Assembly: GCA_963708135.1 (NCBI GenBank)
Contig: OY970192.1
Span: 544,001 to 608,000 of the forward strand
Source: an uncultured Gemmatimonadales bacterium
GTDB taxonomy: Bacteria > Gemmatimonadota > Gemmatimonadetes > Longimicrobiales > RSA9
Length of the DNA stretch: 64,000 bases
Direction of reading: 5' to 3'
Part shown: in pieces, positions 39,933-49,327 of the stretch
How the letters are laid out: each line of letters begins with the position of its first letter
Numbering within the stretch: the stretch's first letter is position 1
Program-made: the position numbers and the translations under genes
Notes under the pieces: generated by a model
Seen by the model: only the letters and a program-made list of their open reading frames with translations
What the model was told of the DNA's origin: nothing
The model's database searches: none

Positions 39933-41930
39933 ATGCCCGACAGCGTGAGCCCAGCCGACCATACCGCCGCGATGGAGCGCCAGCACGAGCGCGTGCGCGT
40001 CGTCATCGCGAACGAGTACGACGAGATCGCGCGCCGCGTCGCGCGCCGCATGGCGGAGATCATCCGCGAGCGCGCCGCCGCCCGCCGCCCGGCCGTCTTC
40101 GGGCTGGCCACCGGCTCGACCCCGATCGGCATCTACCGCGAGCTGATCCGGATGCACCGCGAGGAGGGGCTCGACTTCGACGGTGTGGTGACCTTCAACC
40201 TCGATGAGTACTACCCGATGGACCCGGCGAGCATCCACAGCTACCACCGGTTCATGTGGGAGAACCTCTTCGATCACATCGACATCCCGAAGGAGAACGT
40301 CCACATCCCGCGCGGCGACCTGCCCCGCGCCGACGTCGAGCACCACTGCGCCGCCTACGAGGCGGCGATCCGGCGGGCGGGCGGCATCGACTTTCAGATC
40401 CTCGGCATCGGCAAGACCGGCCACATCGGCTTCAACGAGCCCGGCTCCGGCCGCGACTCGCGTACCCGGCTCGTCGCGCTCGACACCATTACCCGGCGCG
40501 ACGCCGCCTCCGACTTCTTCGGCGAGGAGAACGTGCCGACGGAGGCGATCACGATGGGCGTCGCCACCATCATGGACGCCCGCGAGATCGCCCTCATCGC
40601 CACGGGCGAGCACAAGGCGCCGATCGCGAGGCGGGCGGTCGAGGGCCCGCTCAGCCCCGACGTCGCCGCCACGTACCTGCAGGAGCACCCGGACGCCACC
40701 TTTTACCTCGATGCCGCCGCGGCGGCCGAGCTGACCCGCGTGAAGACTCCCTGGATCGTGGGTGAGATGGAGTGGACGCGCCCCGCCGAGATCCGCGCCG
40801 TCTGCTGGCTCAGCGAGATCACCGGCAAGTCCGTCCTCAAGCTGGACGACAACGACTACCGCGAGCACCACCTGAGCTCGCTCCTCGTCCGCTACGCCAG
40901 CGCCGGGCCGCTCAATGGCGACGTGTTCAACGCGCTGATCTCCAAGATCCGCGGGCGCAGCAAGCTCCCGGCCGAACGGCGCATCATCGTCTTTTCGCCC
41001 CACCCCGATGACGACGTCATCTCGATGGGCGGCATGCTCAACAAGCTGCACCAGAACGACAACGACATCGTCGTCGCCTACCAGACCTCCGGCAACATCG
41101 CCGTCTTCGACCACGAGGTGCGCCGCTATCTGGACTTCCTGCGCCGCATGGGCGGCGCCTTCGAGGCGTGTGGCGGCACCGACATGGACGCCCTCGTCGG
41201 CGAGGTCGAGCAGTTCCTCGCCACCAAGGAGCCCGGCCAGGTGGACAGCGAGCCCGTGCAGCGCATGAAGAAGATCATCCGCGAGGCCGAGGCCGTTTCC
41301 GCCATCGAGACCTTCGGGATGGGACGCGCGCAGGCCCGTTTCCTCAACCTGCCCTTCTACCAGACCGGCAAGGTGCGCAAGGACCCCGTCGGGCCGAGAG
41401 ATGTCGAGATCACCCTCGGCCTGCTCGAGGAGCACCGCCCCGAGATCATCTTCGTGGCCGGCGACCTCTCCGATCCGCACGGCACCCACCGCATGTGCCT
41501 CGAGGCCGTGCGCGGCGCGCTGGAGGACTACTCGGGCGAGGCGCCCGAGATCTGGTACTACCGGGGCGCGTGGCAGGAGTGGCCGGTCCACGACGCCGAC
41601 GTGCTCGTGCCGCTCTCCAAGGACGAGCTGCGGCTCAAGGTCTCGGCCATCTTCAAGCATCAGAGCCAGAAGGACCGCGCGCCGTTCCCCGGCCTCGACG
41701 ACCGCGAGTTCTGGCAGCGCGTCGAGGAGCGCAACAAGACCACCTCCGAGCTGGTGGACCACCTCGGCCTGCCCGAGTACTTCGCCATGGAGTCCTACGT
41801 CGTCCGCCGCGACGGCCGCCCGATCGTCACCGAGCACGTCCCCACGAGCGCCCTCGGCGCCGCCCCGACCCCCGTCCCCGGCGGCACCGAGCCCGGTGCT
41901 CCGGGCGGTCGCACGCCGCAGCCCCGCTGA
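39933..41930 (+). CDS. nagB: Long-form glucosamine-6-phosphate deaminase with C-terminal PIG-L/LmbE-like domain
   Basis: GLATGSTP, TFNLDEY, GHIGFNEPGS, AITMG; C-terminal SPHPDDD and DPHGTH. Confidence 0.93.
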   Translation: MPDSVSPADHTAAMERQHERVRVVIANEYDEIARRVARRMAEIIRERAAARRPAVFGLATGSTPIGIYRELIRMHREEGLDFDGVVTFNLDEYYPMDPASIHSYHRFMWENLFDHIDIPKENVHIPRGDLPRADVEHHCAAYEAAIRRAGGIDFQILGIGKTGHIGFNEPGSGRDSRTRLVALDTITRRDAASDFFGEENVPTEAITMGVATIMDAREIALIATGEHKAPIARRAVEGPLSPDVAATYLQEHPDATFYLDAAAAAELTRVKTPWIVGEMEWTRPAEIRAVCWLSEITGKSVLKLDDNDYREHHLSSLLVRYASAGPLNGDVFNALISKIRGRSKLPAERRIIVFSPHPDDDVISMGGMLNKLHQNDNDIVVAYQTSGNIAVFDHEVRRYLDFLRRMGGAFEACGGTDMDALVGEVEQFLATKEPGQVDSEPVQRMKKIIREAEAVSAIETFGMGRAQARFLNLPFYQTGKVRKDPVGPRDVEITLGLLEEHRPEIIFVAGDLSDPHGTHRMCLEAVRGALEDYSGEAPEIWYYRGAWQEWPVHDADVLVPLSKDELRLKVSAIFKHQSQKDRAPFPGLDDREFWQRVEERNKTTSELVDHLGLPEYFAMESYVVRRDGRPIVTEHVPTSALGAAPTPVPGGTEPGAPGGRTPQPR

Positions 41931-41939
41931 CGACGACGC

Positions 41940-43445
41940 ATGGGCCACTTCACCACCCTCGACGTCGTCGTCATCGCCGTCTACATCGCCGGGGTCACCG
42001 CCTTCGGCACGCTGCTCGGCCGTCGCCAGAAGAACGCCCGCGACTACTTCCTGGCCGACCGCAGCATCCCCTGGTGGGCCGTCTGCTTCTCCGTCATCGC
42101 CACCGAGACCAGCGCGCTCACCTTCATCAGCGTGCCCGCCACGGCCTACACCAGCGACTTCTGGATCCTCCAGCTCACCTTCGGCTACCTGATCGGCCGC
42201 ATCGCCGTGGCGATCGTGCTCCTGCCCGGCTACTTCCGCGGCGAGCTGGCCACCGCGTACGCGCTGCTCGAGGAGCGCTTCGGGCTGGACACGCGGCGCT
42301 TTGCCTCCCTCATCTTCATGGTGACGCGCGCGCTGGCCGACGCCGTCCGCGTCTTCGCCACCGCCATCCCGATCAAGCTGATCACCGGCCTGCCGTACTG
42401 GGAGGCCATTCTCCTCACCGGCCTCTTCACCCTGATCTACACCTACTACGGCGGGCTCAGGGCCGTGGTCTGGATCGACGTGGTCCAGCTCTTCATCTAC
42501 ATCTTCGGCGGCGTGGCCGCCCTCGTCGTGCTGCTGCACGTCGTGCCGGGCGGCTGGCACACCATCCTCGCCGCAGGCCGCGCGGCCGGGAAGTTCAAGC
42601 TCTTCCACATGAGCGGCGGCTTCGGCAGCGGGCAGTGGTTCTGGACCGGCATCGTGGGCGGCGCCTTCCTCTCCATGGCCTCCCACGGCGTGGACCAGCT
42701 CATCGTGCAGCGGCTGCTCGCCTCGCCCTCGCTCCGCGACGCCCGCAAGGCCGTCGTCACCAGCGGCATCGTCGTCATCGGCCAGTTCGCTCTCTTCCTC
42801 GTCGTCGGCGTCGGCCTCTTCGCCTTCTACCACGCCCGGACCTTCACCACCCCCGACGAGATCTTCCCCCGCTTCATCGTGGACTACCTGCCGCCCGGCA
42901 TCTCCGGCCTCGTCGTGGCCGGCATCCTGGCCGCCGCCATGTCCACGGTGGCCTCATCGCTGAACTCGCTCTCCTCCGCCACGACCCTCGACATCTACGC
43001 GCCCCTCGCCGGCCGCGTCGGCGACGATGAGCACCTCATGCGCGCCGGCCGCGCCTTCACCGTCCTCTGGGCCGCCATCCTCATCGGCGGCGCGATCCTC
43101 TTCCAGTTCGCCGCGCAGGGCACGCCCGTCGTCGTCATTGCCCTGGACATCGCCTCCTTCACCTACGGCGGGCTGCTGGGCGGATTCCTGCTCGGCGTGC
43201 TGGTCCCCCGCGCCCGCCAGCGCGACGCGATCCTCGGCATGGCCATCGCCATCGTCCTCATGACGACGCTCTGGATCCTCCAGCGCGTGCACGTCCTCCC
43301 GAACCTCCTCAATACCCTCTGGTTCGCCCTGTTCGGATCCGCCATCACCGTGGCCGTCGGGTGGCTGAGCAGCCGCTTCGGGCCGCCGCGCGCCGCGCCC
43401 GCCACCGCCGCGCCGGGGGACGCCGCCTCGCCCGCCGCGCCATGA
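41940..43445 (+). CDS. Sodium:solute symporter (SSS) family transporter
   Basis: YFLADRSIPWW..SVIATETSALTFISVP, GGLRAVVWID, DQLIVQRLL, AAAMST. Confidence 0.92.
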   Translation: MGHFTTLDVVVIAVYIAGVTAFGTLLGRRQKNARDYFLADRSIPWWAVCFSVIATETSALTFISVPATAYTSDFWILQLTFGYLIGRIAVAIVLLPGYFRGELATAYALLEERFGLDTRRFASLIFMVTRALADAVRVFATAIPIKLITGLPYWEAILLTGLFTLIYTYYGGLRAVVWIDVVQLFIYIFGGVAALVVLLHVVPGGWHTILAAGRAAGKFKLFHMSGGFGSGQWFWTGIVGGAFLSMASHGVDQLIVQRLLASPSLRDARKAVVTSGIVVIGQFALFLVVGVGLFAFYHARTFTTPDEIFPRFIVDYLPPGISGLVVAGILAAAMSTVASSLNSLSSATTLDIYAPLAGRVGDDEHLMRAGRAFTVLWAAILIGGAILFQFAAQGTPVVVIALDIASFTYGGLLGGFLLGVLVPRARQRDAILGMAIAIVLMTTLWILQRVHVLPNLLNTLWFALFGSAITVAVGWLSSRFGPPRAAPATAAPGDAASPAAP

Positions 43446-44362
43446 GCCTCTTCGTCGGCATCGACGGCGGCGGCACCCGCGCCACCGCGCTCGCCGTTGA
43501 CGGGGAGGGGAAGCAGCTCGCCCGCGTCGAGGGCGTGGCCGGCCTCGTCCTGCCCGACCGGCCCGAGGCCGGCGTGGACGGCCTGGCCGATCTCGCCGCC
43601 CGGGCCGTTCGTGCCGCCGCAGGCGACGCTCCCGCCGACGCACTCTGCTGCGCCCTGGCCGGCGCCGGCCGCGAGGCCGCCCGCGCCGCCGTCGAGCGCG
43701 GCCTCGCGGCCAGGCACGTCGCGCTGCGCGTGCACGTGACCACGGATGCCCACGCGGCCCTCGTGGACGCCTTCGGCAAGGGACCCGGCATTCTGCTCGT
43801 CGCCGGCACGGGCTCGATCGCGTGGGGCCGGAGCGCGCACGGGCGCACCGCCCGCACCGGCGGCTGGGGCGTGCTGCTCGGGGACGAGGGGAGCGGCTAC
43901 GCCCTGGCCCTCGCGGGACTCCGTGCCTGGCTCCGCGCCGCGGACGGCCGCGGCACCGCCACCGCACTCGCCGCCCTCCTGCCGGATGCCCTCGGCTTGG
44001 CCGGCGACGCGGACGCCGCCGCCGCGGCCGTCGTTCCCTGGGCCGCGCACGCGGACAAGGCCGCCATCGCCGCGCTCGCGCCGGTCGTGCTGGAGGCCGC
44101 CGCCGCCGGGGACGAGGTGGCGGGGCGGCTCGCGGACGAGGCGGCCGCGGCCCTCGCGCGGCACGTCGCCGCGCTCCACCGCCGGCTCGGTCCCTGGGCG
44201 GCGCCCGTCCCGGTGGCGCTGTCCGGCGGCGTGATCGCGTCCGGCCGCACGCTCCGCCCCCGCGTCGAGACGGCTCTCGGCCGGCTCGCGATCGAGCTGG
44301 AGATCCTGCCTCGCCGCGTCGATGGCGCCCGCGGCGCCGCCACGCTCGCCCGCGCCCTCTGA
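43442..44362 (+). CDS. BadF/BcrA-type N-acetyl-amino-sugar kinase (NagK/MurK-like)
   Basis: GIDGGGT, TDA, AGTGS, GGWG.LLGDEGSGY; last gene of the amino-sugar operon. Confidence 0.88.
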   Translation: MSLFVGIDGGGTRATALAVDGEGKQLARVEGVAGLVLPDRPEAGVDGLADLAARAVRAAAGDAPADALCCALAGAGREAARAAVERGLAARHVALRVHVTTDAHAALVDAFGKGPGILLVAGTGSIAWGRSAHGRTARTGGWGVLLGDEGSGYALALAGLRAWLRAADGRGTATALAALLPDALGLAGDADAAAAAVVPWAAHADKAAIAALAPVVLEAAAAGDEVAGRLADEAAAALARHVAALHRRLGPWAAPVPVALSGGVIASGRTLRPRVETALGRLAIELEILPRRVDGARGAATLARAL

Positions 44363-44495
44363 GGCACGGCGGCCGCGGCTCCCCAGCGCACGAAGCTTCG
44401 GCAAGAGGCCGCCCGCGGGCCGCGCACCCCCACACGCACCGGCACACGGTCCATTTCTCACCCACCCGAGACTGCGAGTAATCCGATCCCGCCGC

Positions 44496-44525
44496 TTGCC
44501 AAGCCGCCGGCCTCTGCTCTAGGTT
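44496..44525 (+). promoter_or_regulatory. Putative sigma70 promoter of tyrS
   Basis: TTGCCA-18-TAGGTT about 195 nt upstream of the tyrS ATG. Confidence 0.45.
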
Positions 44526-44719
44526 CGCCCCCTTCAATCACCTGGGCCGCCGGCAGAGTGCCGGCGCGCGTCCGCTCGGCGACGGTTGCGAGCCCGCCCG
44601 GATTTTCGAGCCCGGCAGCTCCCCCGCGCGCGGCAAGCCGGAGCGAGTCGGCGGGAGGTCCCGCCGGTGGGCCTTTCGTGAACGGATGCGTGTCCGCATG
44701 CGCATGCGAGGATGAGCCA

Positions 44720-45964
44720 ATGCCGTTTCCGCCGATCAACGAGCAGATGGACCGCATCCGCAGCGACGCTGTGGAGATCATCCCCGAGGAGGAGCTGGAG
44801 CGGAAGCTCCGGGCGAGCCGGGACTCCGGCCGGCCGCTCATCGTCAAGCAGGGCTTCGACCCGACCCGCCCCGACCTCCACATCGGCCACGCCGTCTCCA
44901 TGCGGAAGCTGCGCACCTTCCAGGAGCTCGGACACCAGGTCGTCTTCGTCGTCGGCGACTACACCGCGCGCGTCGGCGATCCCAGCGGCCGGAGTGAGAC
45001 CCGCCCCCGTCTCTCCCCCGAGCAGATCGAGGAGAACGCCCGCACCTATCAGGACCAGGTGGGAACCATTCTCGACCTCGACCGCGTTCGCGTGCAGCCG
45101 AACTCGAAATGGCTCGCGCCGCTCGACCTCGCCGCCCTCCTCGAGCTGACCTCGACCTACACGGTCGCACGCATGCTCGAGCGCGACGACTTCGACAACC
45201 GTATGCGCGAGCAGCGCCCCATCTCGATCATGGAGTTCATGTATCCGCTCATGCAGGCGTACGACTCCGTGGCGCTCCACGCCGACGTGGAGCTCGGCGG
45301 CACCGACCAGAAGTTCAACCTGCTCGTGGCCCGTACCGTCCAGGAGCGCTACGGCCAGGAGCCGCAGGTCTGCCTCGTCATGCCGCTCCTGCGCGGCACC
45401 GACGGACAGCTCAAAATGTCCAAGTCCTACGACAACTACATCGGCATCACCGAGCCGCCCGAGGAGCAGTTCGGCAAGACCATGTCCATCCCGGATGACC
45501 TGCTCCAGGAATGGATCCGTCTCGCCTCCGGCCTCGAGGGCGACGACGCACAGACCCTCGCCCGCATGGCCGACAATGACCCGTACCACGCCAAGCTGCG
45601 CCTCGCGCACCTCATCGCCGCCACCTACCATGGCGAGGCCGGCGCCGAGGCGGCCGAGGCCCACTTCGACCGCCTCTTCCGCCAGAAGGACCTCCCCGAG
45701 GACATCCCCGAGCTCACCCTCTCGCTCGGCGACGCCGCCCTGCGCTACCATCCCGATCGTGGCGTGTGGCTCCCCGGCGTCCTCGTCGCCGCCGGGCTCG
45801 CCGCCTCCAACAGCGAGGCCGCCCGCCTCATCGAGCAGGGTGCCGTGGCCGTCGACGAGCGCCGCGTCCAGGACCGCGGCGCCCATATCCCGGTGCAACC
45901 CGGTGGCTCCGTCGTGCTGCGTCGTGGCAAGCGTCACTTTTCGAGGGTCACGTTCGTTGTATAG
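44720..45964 (+). CDS. tyrS: Tyrosine--tRNA ligase
   Basis: GFDPT.PDLHIGH, YPLMQAYD, GGTDQKFN, KMSKS, C-terminal S4 domain. Confidence 0.97.
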   Translation: MPFPPINEQMDRIRSDAVEIIPEEELERKLRASRDSGRPLIVKQGFDPTRPDLHIGHAVSMRKLRTFQELGHQVVFVVGDYTARVGDPSGRSETRPRLSPEQIEENARTYQDQVGTILDLDRVRVQPNSKWLAPLDLAALLELTSTYTVARMLERDDFDNRMREQRPISIMEFMYPLMQAYDSVALHADVELGGTDQKFNLLVARTVQERYGQEPQVCLVMPLLRGTDGQLKMSKSYDNYIGITEPPEEQFGKTMSIPDDLLQEWIRLASGLEGDDAQTLARMADNDPYHAKLRLAHLIAATYHGEAGAEAAEAHFDRLFRQKDLPEDIPELTLSLGDAALRYHPDRGVWLPGVLVAAGLAASNSEAARLIEQGAVAVDERRVQDRGAHIPVQPGGSVVLRRGKRHFSRVTFVV

Positions 45965-46269
45965 CCGTAAGCTCTGACACCTCGGATGTAGCAGTTGGAG
46001 GCGCCATCTGGTCTGTGAGCCGCCTCGAACCTTCGATAGATCATTGCAGCGTGGGCAGATAGACGGATCCTTCCGCTGCCGTTTGCTCGAGCGAACGTTC
46101 GTTCAGCGATCCGGCAGTGACGGTCATGGATCAACTCCGGACCGCGGCCCGAGCCGCCGCCCGGAAGCGTTGCACTGGAGATCACGCGAACCCTGGACAG
46201 GAGGAAAGCGTCGAACCTGCTACGGAACGACTCGCGATCGAACTGCAACCTTTTTCGAGGGAAGCGCAG

Positions 46270-49200
46270 ATGAATGCTGCAAGACTACGCCGGGTGTTCG
46301 GCGCCCTGGCCGTGACGGCGGGATCGCTGGCGGTCCTGGGTGGCAACGTGCAGGCGCAGGAGCGCGGCACGATCACCGGGACCGTGGTGGACAAGGCGAC
46401 GGAGCAGCCCCTGACGGGGGCGCAGATCGTCCTGGAGGGGACGAATCAGGGGACGCTGACGGACGCGAAGGGTGCCTATCGGCTCGGCGGGATCCGGGCA
46501 GGGGCGGCCACGGTGAGGGCGGTGATGCTGGGCTACGAGAGCGTGTCCCGGACCGTGGCGGTGCCGGCGGGCGGCACGGCCACGGCGGACTTCCAGCTCA
46601 CGCAGTCGGCGATCTCGCTGAACGAGGTGGTGGTCACGGCCACGGGCGAGCAGCAGAAGCGGCAGCTCGCGAACGCGGTGTCCCACATCAATGCGGCGGC
46701 GGTGACCGAAGCTGCGCCGATCTCGAGCTTCTCGCAGCTACTGAACGGACGCGCGTCGGGTGTGAACGTGCTGCAGAGCTCGGGCACGGTCGGCACCGGC
46801 TCGCGCATCCGCGTGCGCGGTGCGAACAGCGTCTCGCTGAACAACCAGCCGATCATCTACATCAATGGTGCGCGCGTCTACAGTTCCGATGACGCCCTCT
46901 CGGTCGGCACGGGCGGCCAGACGGTCTCCCGGCTGAACGACATCAACCCCGAGGACATCGAGTCGATCGAGGTGATCAAGGGCCCGTCGGCGGCCACGCT
47001 GTACGGCACGGACGCGGCGAACGGCGTGATCCGGATCACGACCAAGCGGGGCCGCTCCGGCGCGCCGCGCTGGAACGCGTTCGTGGAGCAGGGTGTGCTG
47101 ACGGACCCGAACAACTACCCGCTTAACTACCGCGGCAAGGTGGCCAACGACCCGGGCGCGGCGAGCTGCTACGCATTTCAGGTGAGCGCGGGCAGCTGCA
47201 CGCAGGCGGCGATCCTGTCGTACCAGCCGCTGAACGACCCCGTGGTCAGCCCGATCGCCAACGGGCGCAGCCAACTCTTCGGGCTGAGCGTCAATGGCGG
47301 CGGCGATGCGGTGAACTACTTCCTGTCCACGGACTGGACGAAGCAGGTCGGCACGATGGAGCTGCCGGACTCGGCGCAGAAGGCGTTCAGCGGGCCGATC
47401 CCGGACTGGACGCTCCACCCCAACGATGACCGCAAGGTCAACCTGCGCGCGAACATCGGCGCCCGCGTGGCCGACGGCCTGAACGTCAACGTCTCGAGCG
47501 GCTTCGTGACCAGCCGGCTGCACCTGCCCCAGAACGACAACAATGCGCTGGGCATCGTGCCGAGTGGGCTGCTGGGCAGCTACTCGCCGCTCCTGGGCCA
47601 GCACGGCTACGGCTTTCTGACGCCCACCGAGGTCTTCTCCATCGAAACGATGCAGGAGATCAACCGCTACACGGCCAGCACGCAGGCCACCTACCTGCCG
47701 CCGTTCGCGACCTGGCTATCCGCCCGCGCCACGTTGGGCATGGACGTCACGGACCGACACGACTCGAGCTTCTCGCCAGTGGGCGCGGTGACCGAGTTCG
47801 GGCCCGTGCGCGCCTCTGGGCTGCGCACCTCGAACCGCATCCTCGTCCAGGCCTGGACGGGCGATGCCAGCGCCACGGCCTCCTTCGGGCTCACGAACGA
47901 CCTCACCTCGCGCACCACCGTCGGCACGCAGTACTTCAAGAACCTCTTCCGCGGCACCTTCGCCAACGGCGACGGGCTCACGCCCGGGACCAAGTCCCTG
48001 GGCGCGTCCTCCGAGCAGTTCGCCAGCGAGAACACGACCGAGAGCATCACCTTCGGCGTCTACGGCGAGCAGCAGTTCGGCTGGAAGGACCGCCTGTTCG
48101 TGACCGCCGGGCTGCGCGGCGACGACAACAGCGCGTTCGGCAAGAACTTCAAGGCCACCTACTACCCGAAGCTCGGCGCCTCGTATGTGGTGCTCGATGG
48201 CTCCGGTCCGGCCTATTTCGGCGTTCTCAACTCGCTCCGGCTGCGCACCGCCTGGGGCGCCTCCGGCGTGGCGCCCGGCACGCTCGACGCGCTGCGCTAC
48301 TACGATGCCTCGGTGGCCAGGATCCAGGGCTCCGAGCAGCCGGGCGTGACGATCGGCGCGGTCGGCAACGCCGACCTCAAGCCGGAGCGCTCGCAGGAGC
48401 TCGAGGCGGGGTTCGATGCCGGCCTGCTCGCCGGCCGCCTGGGACTCGAGTTCACCTACTACCACAAGAAGACGAGCGACGCGCTCATCTCGCGCACGCT
48501 CGCGCCGTCCCTCGGCGCGGCCTCGTCCCGCTTCGAGAACATCGGCTCCGTGCTGAACGAGGGCATCGAGGCAACGCTGAACGCCACGATCCTGAACTCC
48601 AATACGGCCAAGCTCGATCTGGGCATCTCCGGCGCCCACAACAGGAACAAGCTGCTCCAGCTGGGCGAGGGGATCGAGCCGATCATCTTCGGGATTCAGG
48701 AGCACAAGCCCGGCTACCCGCTTGGCGGCTACTGGTCTAAGCCGGTCTCCTTCAACGATCAGAACGGCGACGGCATTATCACCAAGGACGAGGTCACGAT
48801 CGGCGACACCGCCGTCTTCCTCGGCAACGTCCTGCCCGCCAACGAGATCTCGGTCACGCCCTCCCTGACGCTCTTCAACCGCGTGCGGGTGACGAGCCTC
48901 TTCGACTACCGTGGGGATTTCCGCCAGGACAATTTCACGGAGGAGTTCCGCTGTCGGTTCTCGACGTGCCGGGGCCTGAACGATCCCAACGCTCCACTGG
49001 CGGAGCAGGCGCGCGCGGTGAACACCGGCCTGTTCGGCGGCGGCCGCTCCAGCGAGCCCTACGTAGAGGACGCCTCCTTCTGGAAGCTCCGCGAGCTGTC
49101 CGTCACGCTGATGGCGCCCGACTCCTGGGCCCACAAGCTCGGCGGCAGCCGGCTCAACCTGGTGCTCACCGGCCGCAATCTCGGGACGTGGACCAATTAC

Positions 49201-49314
49201 GACGGCCTCGACCCCGAGATCAACGAGAACGGCGGCGCCAACTTCTCACAGGACGAGTTCCTGACGCAGCCGCCGATCCGGACCTGGCTCGCGCGCGTGA
49301 ACTTCAGCTTCTGA
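46270..49314 (+). CDS. SusC/RagA-family TonB-dependent transporter
   Basis: Signal peptide, carboxypeptidase-regulatory-like N-domain, plug (INPEDIESIEVIKGPSAATLYG..AANGVI.ITTKRG), barrel with C-terminal F. Confidence 0.93.
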   Translation: MNAARLRRVFGALAVTAGSLAVLGGNVQAQERGTITGTVVDKATEQPLTGAQIVLEGTNQGTLTDAKGAYRLGGIRAGAATVRAVMLGYESVSRTVAVPAGGTATADFQLTQSAISLNEVVVTATGEQQKRQLANAVSHINAAAVTEAAPISSFSQLLNGRASGVNVLQSSGTVGTGSRIRVRGANSVSLNNQPIIYINGARVYSSDDALSVGTGGQTVSRLNDINPEDIESIEVIKGPSAATLYGTDAANGVIRITTKRGRSGAPRWNAFVEQGVLTDPNNYPLNYRGKVANDPGAASCYAFQVSAGSCTQAAILSYQPLNDPVVSPIANGRSQLFGLSVNGGGDAVNYFLSTDWTKQVGTMELPDSAQKAFSGPIPDWTLHPNDDRKVNLRANIGARVADGLNVNVSSGFVTSRLHLPQNDNNALGIVPSGLLGSYSPLLGQHGYGFLTPTEVFSIETMQEINRYTASTQATYLPPFATWLSARATLGMDVTDRHDSSFSPVGAVTEFGPVRASGLRTSNRILVQAWTGDASATASFGLTNDLTSRTTVGTQYFKNLFRGTFANGDGLTPGTKSLGASSEQFASENTTESITFGVYGEQQFGWKDRLFVTAGLRGDDNSAFGKNFKATYYPKLGASYVVLDGSGPAYFGVLNSLRLRTAWGASGVAPGTLDALRYYDASVARIQGSEQPGVTIGAVGNADLKPERSQELEAGFDAGLLAGRLGLEFTYYHKKTSDALISRTLAPSLGAASSRFENIGSVLNEGIEATLNATILNSNTAKLDLGISGAHNRNKLLQLGEGIEPIIFGIQEHKPGYPLGGYWSKPVSFNDQNGDGIITKDEVTIGDTAVFLGNVLPANEISVTPSLTLFNRVRVTSLFDYRGDFRQDNFTEEFRCRFSTCRGLNDPNAPLAEQARAVNTGLFGGGRSSEPYVEDASFWKLRELSVTLMAPDSWAHKLGGSRLNLVLTGRNLGTWTNYDGLDPEINENGGANFSQDEFLTQPPIRTWLARVNFSF

Positions 49315-49327
49315 GGACGGAACCGAG

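Noticed and set aside
44470..44719. T-box riboswitch or glmS ribozyme upstream of tyrS
   Set aside because: No UGGNACC antiterminator bulge or Tyr specifier; glmS core AGCGCC and GACGAGG elements are missing.
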